A stretch of 63,764 nucleotides of DNA, filler included, from Octopus bimaculoides (GCF_001194135.2; 5 parts of 5 records of this genome joined end to end with filler, not necessarily neighbours in it); one strand, 5' to 3'; positions 1-13,744 are shown, counted from the first letter of the whole stretch. Program-made: numbers and translations. Notes: generated from the sequence alone by a model not told the origin.

Positions 1-600
1 TCTCTCTCCCTCTCTCTCTCTCCCTCTCTCTCTCTCTCTCCCTCTTTCTCTTAACCAACTGTGTATATAAATATATGTGCTTGTATATACGCATATAAAT
101 ATATCTTATCTTCACCTCTCTTCTCTACTAGGAATGTTCTGTACCTTGAGTACATCTCTTCCCCTCTTTCTCCTTCTCCCAAACCTACTTTCTCTCCCAT
201 TTACGTACTCTACTCCCAAACCTACTTGTGCTCCCATTTACGTACTCTACTCCCAACCTACTTCTCCCTCTCTTTCCTCCTCCACTCACTCTTCCTTCTT
301 ATCCTCCAACCCCCTCCACCTCCTAACCTACTCTCAAGCCTACTTACTACCTTCCCTCCACATATCCATTTGTTGCCTTTCTCACTCTCCACTTGCTCTC
401 TTCTTTCACCATCCACCTTTCCTCACACAATCTACTCGCTTCCATCCTTGTCTCAAGTCACTCTCCTTCCCCCTCTCTAATGTCCCCATCTTCCTTCACC
501 TTCTCTCTTTCTCTATCTCTCTCTCTCCCTCTCCCTGCAGCTACGAATTCTCTCCTGTTTCACTCTCCACTTGCTTCCCTCTCTACCCATCTACTTTCTT
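1..600. repeat. (CT)n microsatellite plus pyrimidine-rich low-complexity tract containing a ~37-bp tandem duplication (ctcccatttacgtactctactcccaaacctactt)
   Basis: Directly visible; the unit recurs at ~195 and ~231. The overlapping long ORFs are Leu/Ser/Pro-rich artefacts of this composition. Confidence 0.9.
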
Positions 601-620
601 CATTTCTTGTCTCAACTTAG

Positions 621-697
621 AAGAAACAGCAAAAGAAAAAGGAACACTACGTGGAGCATGTATCATCAACAAATTCTACGTAAAAGGCGTCGGCTAG
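621..697 (+). other. Candidate terminal coding exon of an upstream gene; frame and product unknown
   Basis: A long polypyrimidine tract ends in cttag (619-620), then composition switches abruptly to purine-rich sequence. Possible frames: xETAKEKGTLRGACIINKFYVKGVG* (stop 695-697), KKQQKKKEHYVEHVSSTNST*, or RNSKRKRNTTW... A U-rich 3'UTR-like region follows, with AATAAA at 1248. No family recognised. Confidence 0.3.
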
Positions 698-1329
698 CCT
701 GGAAATCTGAGGAAGAGTGGAACCCATGGCACAAAGTCACTCTTCACTTGATTTATGTTTTGCCTATATTTGTTTGTAGGCACGTACCAACGTTTGTATG
801 TTTAGTGTATATCTCTATGTATAGGTTTTTTGGTATGTGTATGTATAAGTAAATGTATATGTATTGATATGATGTTAGTTCTTTGTAAGTGAATGTCTTT
901 TTTTAAACGGACATAACATGTTAATTAATTTAAATTCATTTTACCATTAATTAATTTACCATGGGTATACAGGGTTTTTTTTCTTCCTACTAAAGGTAAT
1001 TCTTGATTTAAAGTTTTCTTCTATTTTTAAATAATATGATTTTAAATCATAATTTTAATTTCATATCACCGGTTATTGAAAAGACCATTAGTTGAAAGGA
1101 CCAATGAAACAAAACCAATTTCAAACGTGTATCCATCAATGTAATTGTATAAACCTTATTTTTGTTCCATTCTCAACCAAAACTGTCCGACGAACGGGAG
1201 CGTGAAACTCTGAGGAACAGTTTTTGTGATGTTTTTGAATCTTTACTAATAAAACATATTACTCCACCTCCGGTATTCCAGACTATTTTCTCCACCTTGT
1301 TTCATATTTATGCGCTTACTCTGGTATGC

Positions 1330-1384
<55 letters not shown>

Positions 1385-2640
1385 TATATATATATGTGTG
1401 TGTATACACACGCACACACTCACATGTATCATGTGGACGATATTTTTAACCGAGACGTTACAACCGTATCTGATTTTCCAAGTGCATCAAATCTCTGTAT
1501 GTACATATATTTACTAGGTAGCTAACATTTATCAATGGCTTCTTCCATTGTGTTGATACACCATTTTCTATTATTAATAAAACTGTCAGCAATTTTGGCG
1601 ACACGGGTTTCTCTTTAAGTGATGTATGTGGACAAGTAGTTATTTGCTTAAGCATGCACGCAGATGCGCGAACTCTCTCTCACGTGCATACATGCGCGCA
1701 CGCACGGAAACATACATAGACTCTTAGATAAGTTAAGCTAGAAAATTACGAAGTATTTAAATGTATTAAAATATATTAAAAATTGGTATATTGCTTAAAG
1801 AGAGAGGTAAATTTATAAGCGATGTGATTAAAAGATAATGAACAATATTTATGGTGTTAAGAAAAAGAGAGTGGTAATACTATATGAATAATATTAATAA
1901 TTAGGTGGTAATATATAATTGAATTATATTTTAAATAATTGGTTTTGACAAGAGAAAACTTTGTGCAAATATGTTAAGGAATAAATTGTATTTTTTTAAA
2001 ATAATAATAACTACAGTTTGTTAAATTTTGTCTCAAAACATTAAATTCAAGAAAGAGTAAAACGGATGAAAAGTTACTATATTGGCAAGCACTAATCAAG
2101 TGTGTTATCCTACACAATTTTCGTTATTATAATGTTCTTAGTATTCGAATATACATATTATTTAGATCTGATTGGACCTATTCAGTCTTAAATGAAAGGG
2201 GATGTCAGTTTCAATTACGTAAAATTCGATATATTATATCATATAAGATTATTTATTTTACTGAAGGAGGACACATAAGTAAAGTATACTATGAAAACAT
2301 TCCACTAGGAAAAGTAAGTTACTGCAATTCATATTGTCCTTCAAGCAGCATGTGAGTATTTTTCCTTGTTCCCATCCCACCTTCTCACTTTTGCTATAAA
2401 TGTTTCTATAAATTATGGATGTAACACTCACCTTAAGAATACGCATACCAACATAATTTCAGTTTAAGTATATAGAAACATTTATTCTGTGAAAACGTAT
2501 CTTCATATTTATATGTTACATATAGAAACATAGAATAAAATCATTCTCAACGTATGTTAAAGAGTAAAATTTGTTTTAATCACACAAAACATACATGAAT
2601 ACATATAAAATTTTCCGTTCCAACTTTTTCTCAGTATATC

Positions 2641-2802
2641 TCGATTACATTGACGCCAGTGCTCAACTCGTACTTATTTTATCGACCCCGAAAGAATGAC
2701 AGGCAGTCGACCTCGGTGGATTTTGACCTCAGAACATAGAAACGGACGAAATGCTGCAAAGCTCTTTGCCCAGCAAGCTAACGTTTCTGCCAGCTCGCTG
2801 CC
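2641..2802 (-). mobile_element. tRNA-derived SINE, family A (my label), 3'-truncated
   Basis: Reverse complement of the head ggcagcgagctggcagaaacgttagc with B-box-like gaggtcaaaatcc; matches many other copies in the window. Confidence 0.85.
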
Positions 2803-3000
2803 GGCATATTTCTGATAATATTGATTTCAAGTATCATCTTTAACAGCCTATTATCACGTAAACCAACATTTTGCCTATATTCATACATCAAAGAATTTTT
2901 CATAAAAAGTTTATTTACGTACGAAGGTAATAACCACTATTACCTTTTTTATGTACAGAACTCTTTTGGTAAATATTGTGGGGGTGGGGGTATTTTATCT

Positions 3001-3214
3001 TTTAGTTTTTACAAGTTTCAGCCATTAGACTGGGGCCATGCTGGAACACCGCCTTAAATCTTTAGTCGAATGAATCGAACCCCAGTACTTATTTTAAAGC
3101 CTGGTAGCTACTTTTTCTATTGGTCTCTTTTGCCGAACCGCTGGTTACAGTTATATAAACACACCAACATCGGTTTTCAAGTAATGGGGTGGGACAAGCA
3201 CAGAAATACACACG

Positions 3215-3256
<42 letters not shown>

Positions 3257-3481
3257 CACACACACATATACACACAAACACACACACATACCTACACACA
3301 CTCACAGCCACACGCGCACGCACGCAGACACACACATATACGACGATCTTCTTTCGAATCCACTCAGGTTTTGGTTGACCCGAAGCTACAGTAAAAAACG
3401 CTAGGTCAAGGTGTCAATGTGCTACGCAATGGGACTGAACTCGGAACCATGTGGTTGAGAAACAAGCTTCATACCACTCAC
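3001..3481 (-). mobile_element. tRNA-derived SINE, family B (my label), with internal (CA)n tract
   Basis: Reverse complement of the family B layout seen at 51570-51938 (ggcggtgttccagcatggcc tail, cggcaaaagagacc segment, gttccgagttcagtccc head); runs into a gap. Confidence 0.85.
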
Positions 3482-3581
3482 NNNNNNNNNNNNNNNNNNN
3501 NNNNNNNNNNNNNNNNNNNNNNNNNTTAATTAATTAANNNNNNNNNNNNNNNNNNNNNNNNNNNNNNNNNNNNNNNNNNNN
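3482..3581. other. Artificial 100-bp join: 44 N + TTAATTAATTAA (3526-3537) + 44 N
   Basis: The same architecture occurs four times; the 12-mer is palindromic and places TAA in all six frames. Confidence 0.95.
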
Positions 3582-4199
3582 ATATATATAATATATATAT
3601 ATGTATGTATTATGTATGTATGTATGTGTGTATGTATGTATATATAATTGATCAATCTTGTACTTTCCATCTGTGTAGGATACATTTTCCTGAAGTGAAG
3701 TAATATCGAAATATAGACGTTACTTACACGAATTCGTTTTTGTGACCAAATCAACTCTAGTCTGCATTGCATATAATATACAGATATTTCTCGTATCTGA
3801 ACTTATTGGAGGTATTCATTTTTATTTATGTTTTCAGATTTTTTAAAGCATCTACGGGCTTAAGTTTCGTTACTAACACCTCCCTGTCTCTCTCTCTCGC
3901 GCACACATACTCACATATATATACTGATTCTGCATGCGTGACTATTGTTGCTACAGTGTCGCACACACATAGGGGTGCCGACTAACTTACATGAAAATCC
4001 TATCTGCTTGACAACTTTGCCTTTCAACCAGGTTCGATAAAATCCGTAGCCGTTGAGTTCTGTGGTCGATGTAATTGACTTACCCCCTATCCCGAACTTG
4101 CTGGCCCTGTGGTAAAGTTTGAAATCAATAACACAGGTGGTGTAGTCTGCCACTGTTTTCAGTTGAAGCATGGGTGGGGAAATTCAAAATGTAACAGAA

Positions 4200-4647
4200 T
4201 AGGGATCCTAATGCATTTTGAAGGTATTTCTACTGAAAACATATTTGAGAATTGTAGATTATACAGAAAACCAAATCCGTTAGCGTAATATCTAGAAACA
4301 CACGAAAAGATCAGCACATCTTTTAAGCCGATAGTTCCAGTAAGAAAAACCCTTTCATCTTTATTGACTCGTATCAAAAGATATCTTTTGTGAAATACTT
4401 CTGATTAATCCTTCTTTGAATATTTCTGGTAAAGAATATCATTTCTACTAAATCTAATTTTATTCGGGCGAGTACGTTTCGTTTAACTGGTTACTCTGAT
4501 AATTTCACGAATTATCGCATATGTTTTTTAAAAAAATATCCTAATACATATGCGCATATTTGTAACACAAACACACAAACGCGCGTACACACACACACAC
4601 ACACACAGAGATAGAGACAATATATATACCTACCTACCTACATATAC

Positions 4648-4700
<53 letters not shown>

Positions 4701-5240
4701 AACATGCACACATATATATATATTAGCAACAGAGGTAGTATCCCTGCTAGCGATATAAACAAGAGTGCATTTTGCATCAAAGCCAATATGTGAATTTCTC
4801 TCATGGTATCTACCGTAGTATGGCTTGTTCTAAAAACATCCACATTAAAGTGACAATAAATATAATTCAAACAGACGCATCCGTACACACACTAACACTC
4901 ACGTACACATAAAAACAAATAATAATACGTGGATCTATCAAAGGGTAAACCGTTAAACGAAGCCCAATCGACAGAATTTTACTATATTTGCTGGAGACGA
5001 TATTTTTTACCTGAAATATGCAAAGAAAAATTAATCGGAAATATTTCACAAAACTTATCCTTTGATACGAGTCAATAGGAATGAAAGGCTGTTCTTACTG
5101 GAACGATTGGCTTAAGAGATATACAGATCTTTTTGACGTGTTCCTAGATATATGCTAAAGGATTAGGATTCTGAGAATATTCGCTATTCTTGAATATTTG
5201 TTTTCAGTAGAATTACGTTCAAAATTTAATAGAATCCCTA
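4200..5240. repeat. Long fold-back: inverted arms 4200-4515 and 4922-5240 (~315 bp), microsatellite-rich spacer; probable non-autonomous long-TIR DNA element
   Basis: Reverse complement of the left arm aligns through the whole right arm, e.g. ttttgatacgagtcaataaagatgaaaggg versus ctttgatacgagtcaataggaatgaaaggc, and gttttcagtagaa in both. Ends are TA|GGGAT ... ATCCC|TA. Confidence 0.8.
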
Positions 5241-6875
5241 GAAAATTGAAAAAATCTCATAAGATTGCAGGTAATATTTAAACTTTTAGCTTGAGCGCGA
5301 ATCTGGGATGAACACTATCACAGCAAGCTTATCGCGTCAGAAGAGTTTATGTCTATTTTAGAGTGGATTAGAAGCTACCCTTTAATATTTTCTTAGACGC
5401 ATATAAATAAGCTCAAAACTTGGTGCTTCTTTAAAACAAAGGTATCGAATAACCAAGCCACAGTTTTTTTTAAAATATTGATCAATATAACAAATGACTG
5501 TCTCTTTACCTTTTTAGCATCTTAGGATGAAATTTAAAAATATATTTAAGGAAAAAATAAAATACTAAAGTGGAAACTTTCTCGCTACACAATGAAAAAA
5601 TATTTGAGAATGTTTCTCTCTGTGGCCCTTCAGAAACGTTTGAGTGAGTGCTTTTACGTTGTGAATCCCTTGTTATACATTGTGCTCCGTTATTTAACCC
5701 TTAATTTGAACGAAAAATATATCAAATGAAATAATTGCCCAAAACAGGAAGGTTTCATCACAGAAAATTTAACAGCGATATTAAAGTACGTAAACGGCAT
5801 TAGCATGCAGTAGAGTATGAGTGTGTTCGTTTATTCAGACGGTGATGTGAAGGTGCTGATGTCTATGGTCAATGCCTAGCTGCAGAAAGTTGCTGTTGGA
5901 AGGATATATGTGTGGCAGAAGGGTTCGTCTCCTTGTCAGAAGTGGTTGTTGGAGTATTTCTAGTCTTCACCAGCCCCAATTTCTGGCCTTCTAATTTCTT
6001 CGATTATAATCCTATATATTACTCTATGTCGGACGTGGTTCAGACGGACACCAACTGCTCTGCCTACGGAACCAAGGTCGAGCTGTTGTTCATCATCACG
6101 GAGGTATTCGGAGATCCTCGTAAGGAAGTAGGGAGGAATACATGTTCCAGGTTACCGAGCTATCTTGAGGCCATAGAAGAAAGCTGAGTGCCGCTACTTT
6201 GAGTAAACTGTATTTTTTCTCTCATAATATAGTTACGTTGTCTCAATTTTTCAAACACTTCTGTTTGGGGTGCGGTATTGTGCTTTCTTTTCTTTTTATG
6301 CAAACTGTCAAAATTTGCTCGTACACACACACACACACACACGCACGCGCGCACACACACATACACACACACAAACACACACACCCTCTCTCTCCCTCTG
6401 TCTTTCTGACTGTCTGTCTATCTATTTTGTATATATATATATATATATGAATAATTGTCTGCGCGTACGTGTGCACATATATAAAGAGTGTAGGTGAATA
6501 TTAGTTATTTATTAATATTCTGTTCTTTCTTGCTTGTGACACTTACCCTTCCTCATTGCATTCTATTTGCATTCAAACCTTCACCATTATTTTTATATTT
6601 GTATGGAATTTTGGATTATAGCTTCTTGGAGATATTTTTTCAGTCGTTTTCTCAAAGCTTTCCCGCTTCTTTCAGATTTTTTTCTCAAGAAATTTATGTA
6701 TATATCCATTCATAGCTATAGACCCCATTACACATACATATACATACATACATACATACATACATACATGCATAATACATACATACATACATACATAAAA
6801 ACTTACATACATACATAAAAACTTACATACATGCAGACATATAAAAGAAGTATATATAAATGCATATATGCTCCC

Positions 6876-6911
<36 letters not shown>

Positions 6912-7029
6912 GTGTGTGCGTCTGCGTATTCGTGTGTATTTATGTCGACTTACCCAGAATACTCATATATACATACACACATGCGGTAATGAACAAACAA
7001 CTTCCTACATCCAAACGGATATACTCGTA

Positions 7030-7680
7030 CTGATGATGGACAGTTACTGTCAAATACGGTAGGCACTAGATTTATGCAGTTCAGAAGGAGAGGATTTTCT
7101 CATCAAAATTGTTGTCTTGTAGGGCAACTTACCTTTTATCCCCTAAAATCATACTTTATCATTTTGAGTGATGTTTTCAGTTGTCTGGAAACTATTTAGA
7201 AGAAACCAGTTCCGATGCCAGCAGTTAGAAAATATCTGTGGTCATCCGGTTAAGAGATATCGTCGTTTGGGTTCAGCTATAGGACAGATTATTTATCCGA
7301 TGCTTCTCTTTTATGAACACTTGAATTATAGAGCGACATAAAGACGAAGTTATGGAAGTCGTTGAAATCACCCAAGTTTCTTAACAAAGAACAGATATAT
7401 AGATTTCATTTGTCCCTGTTTTAAATGCGCGGAGTTGTTTGAAGCAATGGAGATTGAAATAGGTTGCAGTAATTCTCGTTTTGTTTCCTTCAACTCTATC
7501 CACAGCTGTTATGAATACCCAATGTACAACAACTGCGGTGCAGATGCATTCCCTGGATGGAGAAATAGAATGATTTCGATGGTTACAAGTTGTCTGCTGA
7601 GTTACTGACTGTTTGGGGGCAGTTTCAGTTTTAGCGTTATGTAGAATGCGATGGTATCCACATGAGAATAACTTACTTTA
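7030..7680 (-). mobile_element. Highly degraded Penelope-like element, linker/GIY-YIG C-terminal region
   Basis: Minus-strand translations across frameshifts give TCNHRNHSISPSRECICTAVV (cf. CNCR..CPL.G.C...VVY linker), LLYIGY, KEKHRI and RYLL..PQIFSNCWHRNWFLLNSF (cf. LNKRSEI.SKCRH.NKFLL). Confidence 0.55.
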
Positions 7681-7977
7681 CTATTGCGTTGCTGTTATGC
7701 GTATCGTATAAGTGTGTCGGATGGAAGTATTTGTTTTACTTGATCTTCAAAATTGCTGGCTCTACTCGTGGTAACATATAAACTGTATTGTGGATCAAAG
7801 CAGATTATATACGTCGTCCTGTTTCATCTCTCGTGTGCGGCAGTAGTGCTGGGGTCGCTTCTCCATTTATCTTATGTTCTTGCTGAAGCCTCTTCTTTTA
7901 TGCTATAAAGGCTCAACTCTGTTACGATTGCCCCCTTACCGCATATACACCACAGACAAGCCTAGTTACATCAGCTA

Positions 7978-8005
7978 CATAGTATCCAGAATTCTGGATA
8001 CTATG
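7978..8005. repeat. Perfect 28-bp palindrome CATAGTATCCAGAATTCTGGATACTATG
   Basis: Checked base by base; no loop; centred on GAATTC. Confidence 0.95.
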
Positions 8006-9557
8006 ACAGTCATATATCTAAGCCGAAAGTAAGACATACTCTACTGCTGTCATATTCTGAGGAGCTCCGAAGAATTATTGTCTAATGTTCAGAGGTCTCG
8101 AAAAGGTAGCCTCCCTTTAAATAAAAATATAGTTTCATCCGGGTAAACCTGAATCAGCTGAATCAGATTCAACAACGTGGTTCTCAACGATCAATGAGAA
8201 TCGGTCTACCATTATATTTACAGTTAGAGTGATATTCTCTGTATATAGCCTCTACAATCAACGTTTACTCTATCAATGAGGATTTCTGAGTAACAAGGAT
8301 ATGAATCACCAAGCTTCTCCCAATAAGTATGACTGTGTGTATATGTGTGCATGTTAGTGTGTTTGTGTGTGTGTGTGTGCGTGCATGTTTGTATACATAT
8401 ATATGTACATATATACATAAATGTATATAAATGTATATTATATATATATATATATATATATATGATATACATATACACATATCTATAGACATATATTTAT
8501 GTGAGTATATACATTATATATTATATATGTATATTATAAATATATATATATATATATATANNNNNNNNNNNNNNNNNNNNNNNNNNNNNNNNNNNNNNNN
8601 NNNNNNNNNNNNNNNNNNNNNNNNNNNNNNNNNNNNNNNNNNNNNNNNNNNNNNNNNNNNNNNNNNNNNNNNNNNNNNNNNNNNNNNNNNNNNNNNNNNN
8701 NNNNNNNNNNNNNNNNNNNNNNNNNNNNNNNNNNNNNNNNNNNNNNNNNNNNNNNNNNNNNNNNNNNNNNNNNNNNNNNNNNNNNNNNNNNNNNNNNNNN
8801 NNNNNNNNNNNNNNNNNNNNNNNNNNNNNNNNNNNNNNNNNNNNNNNNNNNNNNNNNNNNNATATATATATATATATATGTATGTATATAAACATGAATA
8901 CGTATATACTGGTATATACATATACATACTTACATACACCCCTCCACACACACAAACACACGATGAAAGACACAGATATGCACACTCACAGGTATACGTA
9001 AAGTTCGATCTGAAATGTATCTAAATTGGATTCCTATTATTAAAAATGCACTCCATGTTGCTACTTAAATTCGCCGAGACAATGATTGCAAAATTCAGTT
9101 TGTTTAAGTGTGTTTTCAATAAAATCTTATATTCATCTGTGATTGAAAAGGATGGGACACGAACGAAGAGAAACCGAAGAAAAACACACAAAAATTATTA
9201 GAGAACAGACTAAAGAGGTATACACAAATATAAAGAATTACATGCGCATGCAAAACAGATATGTATGTTTGTATAGATATATGTAGGCAATTACATACAA
9301 ACTACACAATTCATTGGAAGAGATAAAATTACAATAGAAGCAAATTGAATATATATTTGTTACAAATTCAAAATAAATTGAATAACGACGAGAATAAGTA
9401 TGACGGATATATTTTTTTCTTTTCCTTTCACAATAATAATAATACTTATATTACCCAACAACAAAACTTATTGCTAACACTACTATTGCTGCAGCTACTG
9501 ACAACACCACCACTACTACGACTTCCCCCACCCCGCCACCAGCACCAGCACCACCAC

Positions 9558-9559
9558 TG

Positions 9560-9612
<53 letters not shown>

Positions 9613-9613
9613 G
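9558..9613. repeat. (TAC)n microsatellite following CAC/CAG degenerate triplets
   Basis: Directly visible; explains the poly-Y ORF 9345-9614. Confidence 0.95.
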
Positions 9614-9724
9614 ACATGCAAATATAGCAATATTGGCTAAAATAACTGCAGGCTAAAGAATATACGAATGGAAAATTAAACCACTCGCAAGAAAGCCATA
9701 TTTAATCATTTACTCTCCCTCTCC

Positions 9725-9804
<80 letters not shown>

Positions 9805-10071
9805 TGCTCTTTCTCTCTATATATCTATCTACCTATCTGTCCGTCTGTCTGTCTGTCTATCTATCTCATTACACATTGCTTTCAATACATATGCACTCAC
9901 GCGTCCCCCATCACACACAAATGCACACACACACGCACACACACACACATACATACACACACACACACACACAAATACACTACAGGTTTATCTACTTTGC
10001 CTGCATATGCAAGTGTATGTACGTGTGTATGTTTGTATTTATGCCTGTGTGGATTTATAGACATATATATT

Positions 10072-10148
<77 letters not shown>

Positions 10149-10208
10149 GTGTGTGTATGTGCGTATAAATATATAAATATATGTATGTATATATATATTC
10201 ATGTGTGT

Positions 10209-10241
<33 letters not shown>

Positions 10242-10449
10242 AGTACACATATGACAATATATGTATATATATCCATAGCAATATAAATCTATCTATATAT
10301 ATGTATATATAGATGCACTCAACAGTATACACACAAACACACACACTCACAGAAACACATGCGTGCACACGCACATTTGTATATGTGTGTATGTATTATG
10401 AATCCAACTATCCACGTTTCTATCTGTTTATCTGTCTGATTCTCTTCCT

Positions 10450-10509
<60 letters not shown>

Positions 10510-10903
10510 AAATATGTATGGGCATCTAATCTGTATCATCCAATGTGATTTTTCTGTTCTTTAATACGATAGGCATGGGCTTGAAGCAATTTCGCTGCTG
10601 TATCTAGCAGATGTCACGACCTCGTATGTGATTTCTTTTTTCGTCTTGATCGATCCAACAGCGACATAAATTTGAGACATTAGGACAAGTTTCAATTGGA
10701 TTTTTATCCGAAAGTTTGTATTCTGTATAAGCAACTATACCCACAAGCATACTTCGTTCATTGGCTATCTAAATGAGTATCAACGAAGCCTATTATATAG
10801 AGGATAGTTTTATGGCACAATTTCTCATAAAACAGGATGATTCTGTGTTGTAATAAATGTAGTGTTTCTCTCTGTATGAAGAACAACACCAAGAATAACA
10901 ATG

Positions 10904-11415
10904 CCTTGATGCAAAACCAAGCAATGCTTCTTATAGCTTATGAACTTTTCTGCTTGGAAGTGTTAACATGTACGTTTTGTCTTGGCGTAAAAGATGGACT
11001 ACAGCAATCATTTTGCTCAATACTGTAAATTTGCTTGTTAGTTGCTTAGCCTTAACCAGATGAGTACATCCTTTAGTGGCTGATGATATGTGTATCTCTG
11101 ATCACGAACAGAAGTAGTGTGGGAGCATCATAGGCATGTGTAGAGAGGAATTCTTTGAGGCTTGAATAATTCATTCCCGAAAACGTGGGTGCTTAGATCT
11201 TCATTCTTAAAGAACCCCTATTCAAGGACCTTTTGAAGAAGATCGGCTACTTCACCTGAAAAAATTCTATCTGTGCCCCACCTGCAAGGTCATGTGCTGT
11301 TTATTTTGATAAAAGGTCATGATGTAGTGCGCATATCGTTGTGATGTATGTGCCTGGAGTATCCTTATCAGACTGATAGTCATGATGGATATGTTGAGCT
11401 TCGTATATTTGTATG
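10904..11415 (+). mobile_element. Unclassified ~550-bp interspersed repeat, family D (my label), older copy
   Basis: Colinear with 57466-58019 throughout (ttgtcttggcgtaaaagatgg, gggagcatcatag, gaggaattcttt, ccccacctgcaaggtcatg, ccttatcagac); preceded by decayed AAC/AAT repeats. Strand is arbitrary. Confidence 0.8.
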
Positions 11416-12054
11416 CCAACGATTTACTTTCAGAATTTATTCGTATATTTGTATCGGGCAATTTACTTTCACAGTTTAAATTCTGCTGACTATGCCTTTT
11501 ACCCTTTCCAGGTCAATGAAATAAGTGCCAGTTAAGCAATGTAATTCACTAAACACCTCCTCTAAAATTGCTGGCGTTGTGTCGAAATTTAGTTCCATTT
11601 TCTTTTTATTAATTGTCTGATAATGAAGTTGCCTGAATGCGAATTTAGGATAGAAAGTCCTGTTATAACAAATAAAGATATTTTTTATATATTCTATTTA
11701 CAGTTATATATTCAAAATATACAGAAAATATAAAGAAATAGAAATTATTGATTTTCAGTAGCCAAGATGATACATTATTGCATTCAAGTTTTATGGAAAG
11801 ATCTAATGAACAATTTGTTTGAAATTCTTCAGCCTTGATACATTGTTGACCTCCTATAAAGTACATATATCAAGGAAACGTAGACACACAATGATAATGG
11901 AGAGCATTTAAATGAATACCATTTGACATTGTTGTATGGAGAAATCTAATAAAACATTGTGTTTGAAATATGTCAAATTTCATAGCTAATTGGACAAATA
12001 TATTTTCATATATGACGTATATTCTAGAGCTGTAGAGTAATTTAGTTAGAGCAG

Positions 12055-12420
12055 CAAGATGGCAGAATCGTTAATGCGTCGGATAAATTGCTTAGTAGCT
12101 TTTTACATACTGAGGTCAGCTGGGGTCAACTTTTCTTGTCATCTTTTAGGGTTGATAAAATAATTCCAATCAAGTAGTGGGTCAACTAACCCTTTAAATT
12201 GCTGTTTTGTGCCTAAAGAAGGCGAACTAGTAGAATCGTAAAAATATTGGATAACATTCCTAGCGGCGTTTCTCCCATCGTCGAGTTTGATTTATCTTTT
12301 CATCATTTGCGAGTCGATAAATAAGCATCAATTGAGCACTGTGCTCGATATAATTGATATGACCCCTGCCTTCAAAATTGCTGGCCTTGTGCCAAACTTT
12401 GAAAGAATTATTTTTTGATT
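12055..12420 (+). mobile_element. Two tandem degraded family A SINE copies
   Basis: Heads tggcagaatcgttaatgc (12060) and tagtagaatcgtaaaaat (12229); tail aaaattgctggccttgtgccaaactttgaaa. Confidence 0.7.
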
Positions 12421-12769
12421 TTTGTGATAAAGTGTAGCACGTGTATATGGGGTTTGTCAATTGTCCCAAAGAGTTGAAATCGAATCGGTTGATGTTCAAT
12501 CTGACATGCTCTCGATCGACCTCTACAGTAACGCTCATAGTAGGGTTTGAATACCAGAACGTTGACCTCTGGTGGGGTATGAAAATGCAAAGTTCATAAT
12601 GCAGCAATAGAGAAGATATGTAGAATGAAGAATTCCAAGAGAAGAGGCATGTGTATCTTATCTGCTGGGCGGATGTAAAGGTGTTGTATAACCACCGTGG
12701 AAGAGACAGAATAAGTAGCATGACTTTAATCTAGGTCAGTGATAGTAGTATATTGTTGAGCACATCTTC

Positions 12770-13225
12770 ATCAGTCAAGCCTCTGCCGCCTTGTTTTCGT
12801 TTTAAGCAGAAGCGGTCTAAGTCACTGTTTATGTGGAAATTATGTGTGCTTGTGAATATTTTTCGGGTATTCACATCAGTAGTTCGGATCTTATCGAGCG
12901 TCAAATTAAGCAGCTGAAATATTGGTATGAGTACTGGCGCTGCAAACACATTGCTGGTCGCTGTTTTATTGAATGCAGAGAGTTCTGAGGTTCAATTTTC
13001 TTTATTCGGTTGTAATAGTCTTTAGTGACACGTGTTTTGTTGCAGGTGCCATTGCAAGATATATTTTCATTCTAGATACCAGTAACAACCCTTGTCAGAT
13101 ACAGGGGAAACAATCAAATCATTCATGGAGATGTTACTAATCTGGTTTATAGTTTTTTTCCTTTTTTAACTACCATATAACCTATATCCTGACCAAACTC
13201 TAACATACGTCCTTTGAAAGTGTTG
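12770..13225 (-). mobile_element. R4/Dong-type non-LTR retrotransposon RT/thumb fragment
   Basis: Translation ...DVNTRKIFTSTHNFHINSDLDRFCLKRKQGGRGL; nucleotide-colinear with 45510-45975. Confidence 0.85.
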
Positions 13226-13289
13226 TAAGTATGTATGTATGTATGTATGTATGTATACATGCATGCATGTATGTATGTGTCTCTTCTTT

Positions 13290-13510
13290 TTTAATTATTA
13301 TAACTCTTCCACTGAGGAGGGAGCCGCTTTCCAACAAAGATACAAAGCTCCAGCTTTGGGATGTAGTCAACACAGACAAATTCACATTTGGAACTTGAGA
13401 AATGTCTTGCATATATTTATTGTTCCGCTCACAGTTTGCACTTGTAATGTACGAATTAGCCGGTCGATTTCTCTTTATGAAAATTCCAATTTATTCAGAT
13501 TCTCCTTTAA
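13290..13510 (-). mobile_element. R4/Dong-type LINE extreme 3' end and 3'UTR
   Basis: Minus translation KCLKENLNKLEFS*REIDRLIRTLQVQTVSGTINICKTFLKFQM* resembles RLE-clade C-termini; the UTR ends in a short TAATAA. Confidence 0.6.
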
Positions 13511-13744
13511 GCATTTATTAACAAAATGTATGTATGTACGTACGTATATATGCATGCATGCATGTATGTATGTATGTATGTATGTATGTATGTATGAATG
13601 CATATATGTATACATATGATGATGGATTCTCTTGTCTTGAACGACAAAAGTAAGTTCAGTGAAATAAAGCGTTAATCATGTTCTCTGGACATGATTGTGT
13701 CTCTTGAGGCCTGCTAGTGCCTTGCAAACCTTTTGTCAATTGGA

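Noticed and set aside
5860-6190. GC-elevated stretch with a 91-aa plus-strand ORF and faint RTE-like words on the minus strand (YGLKI, PGTCIPP, LGS)
   Set aside because: Motif spacing does not match and no family could be assigned with confidence.
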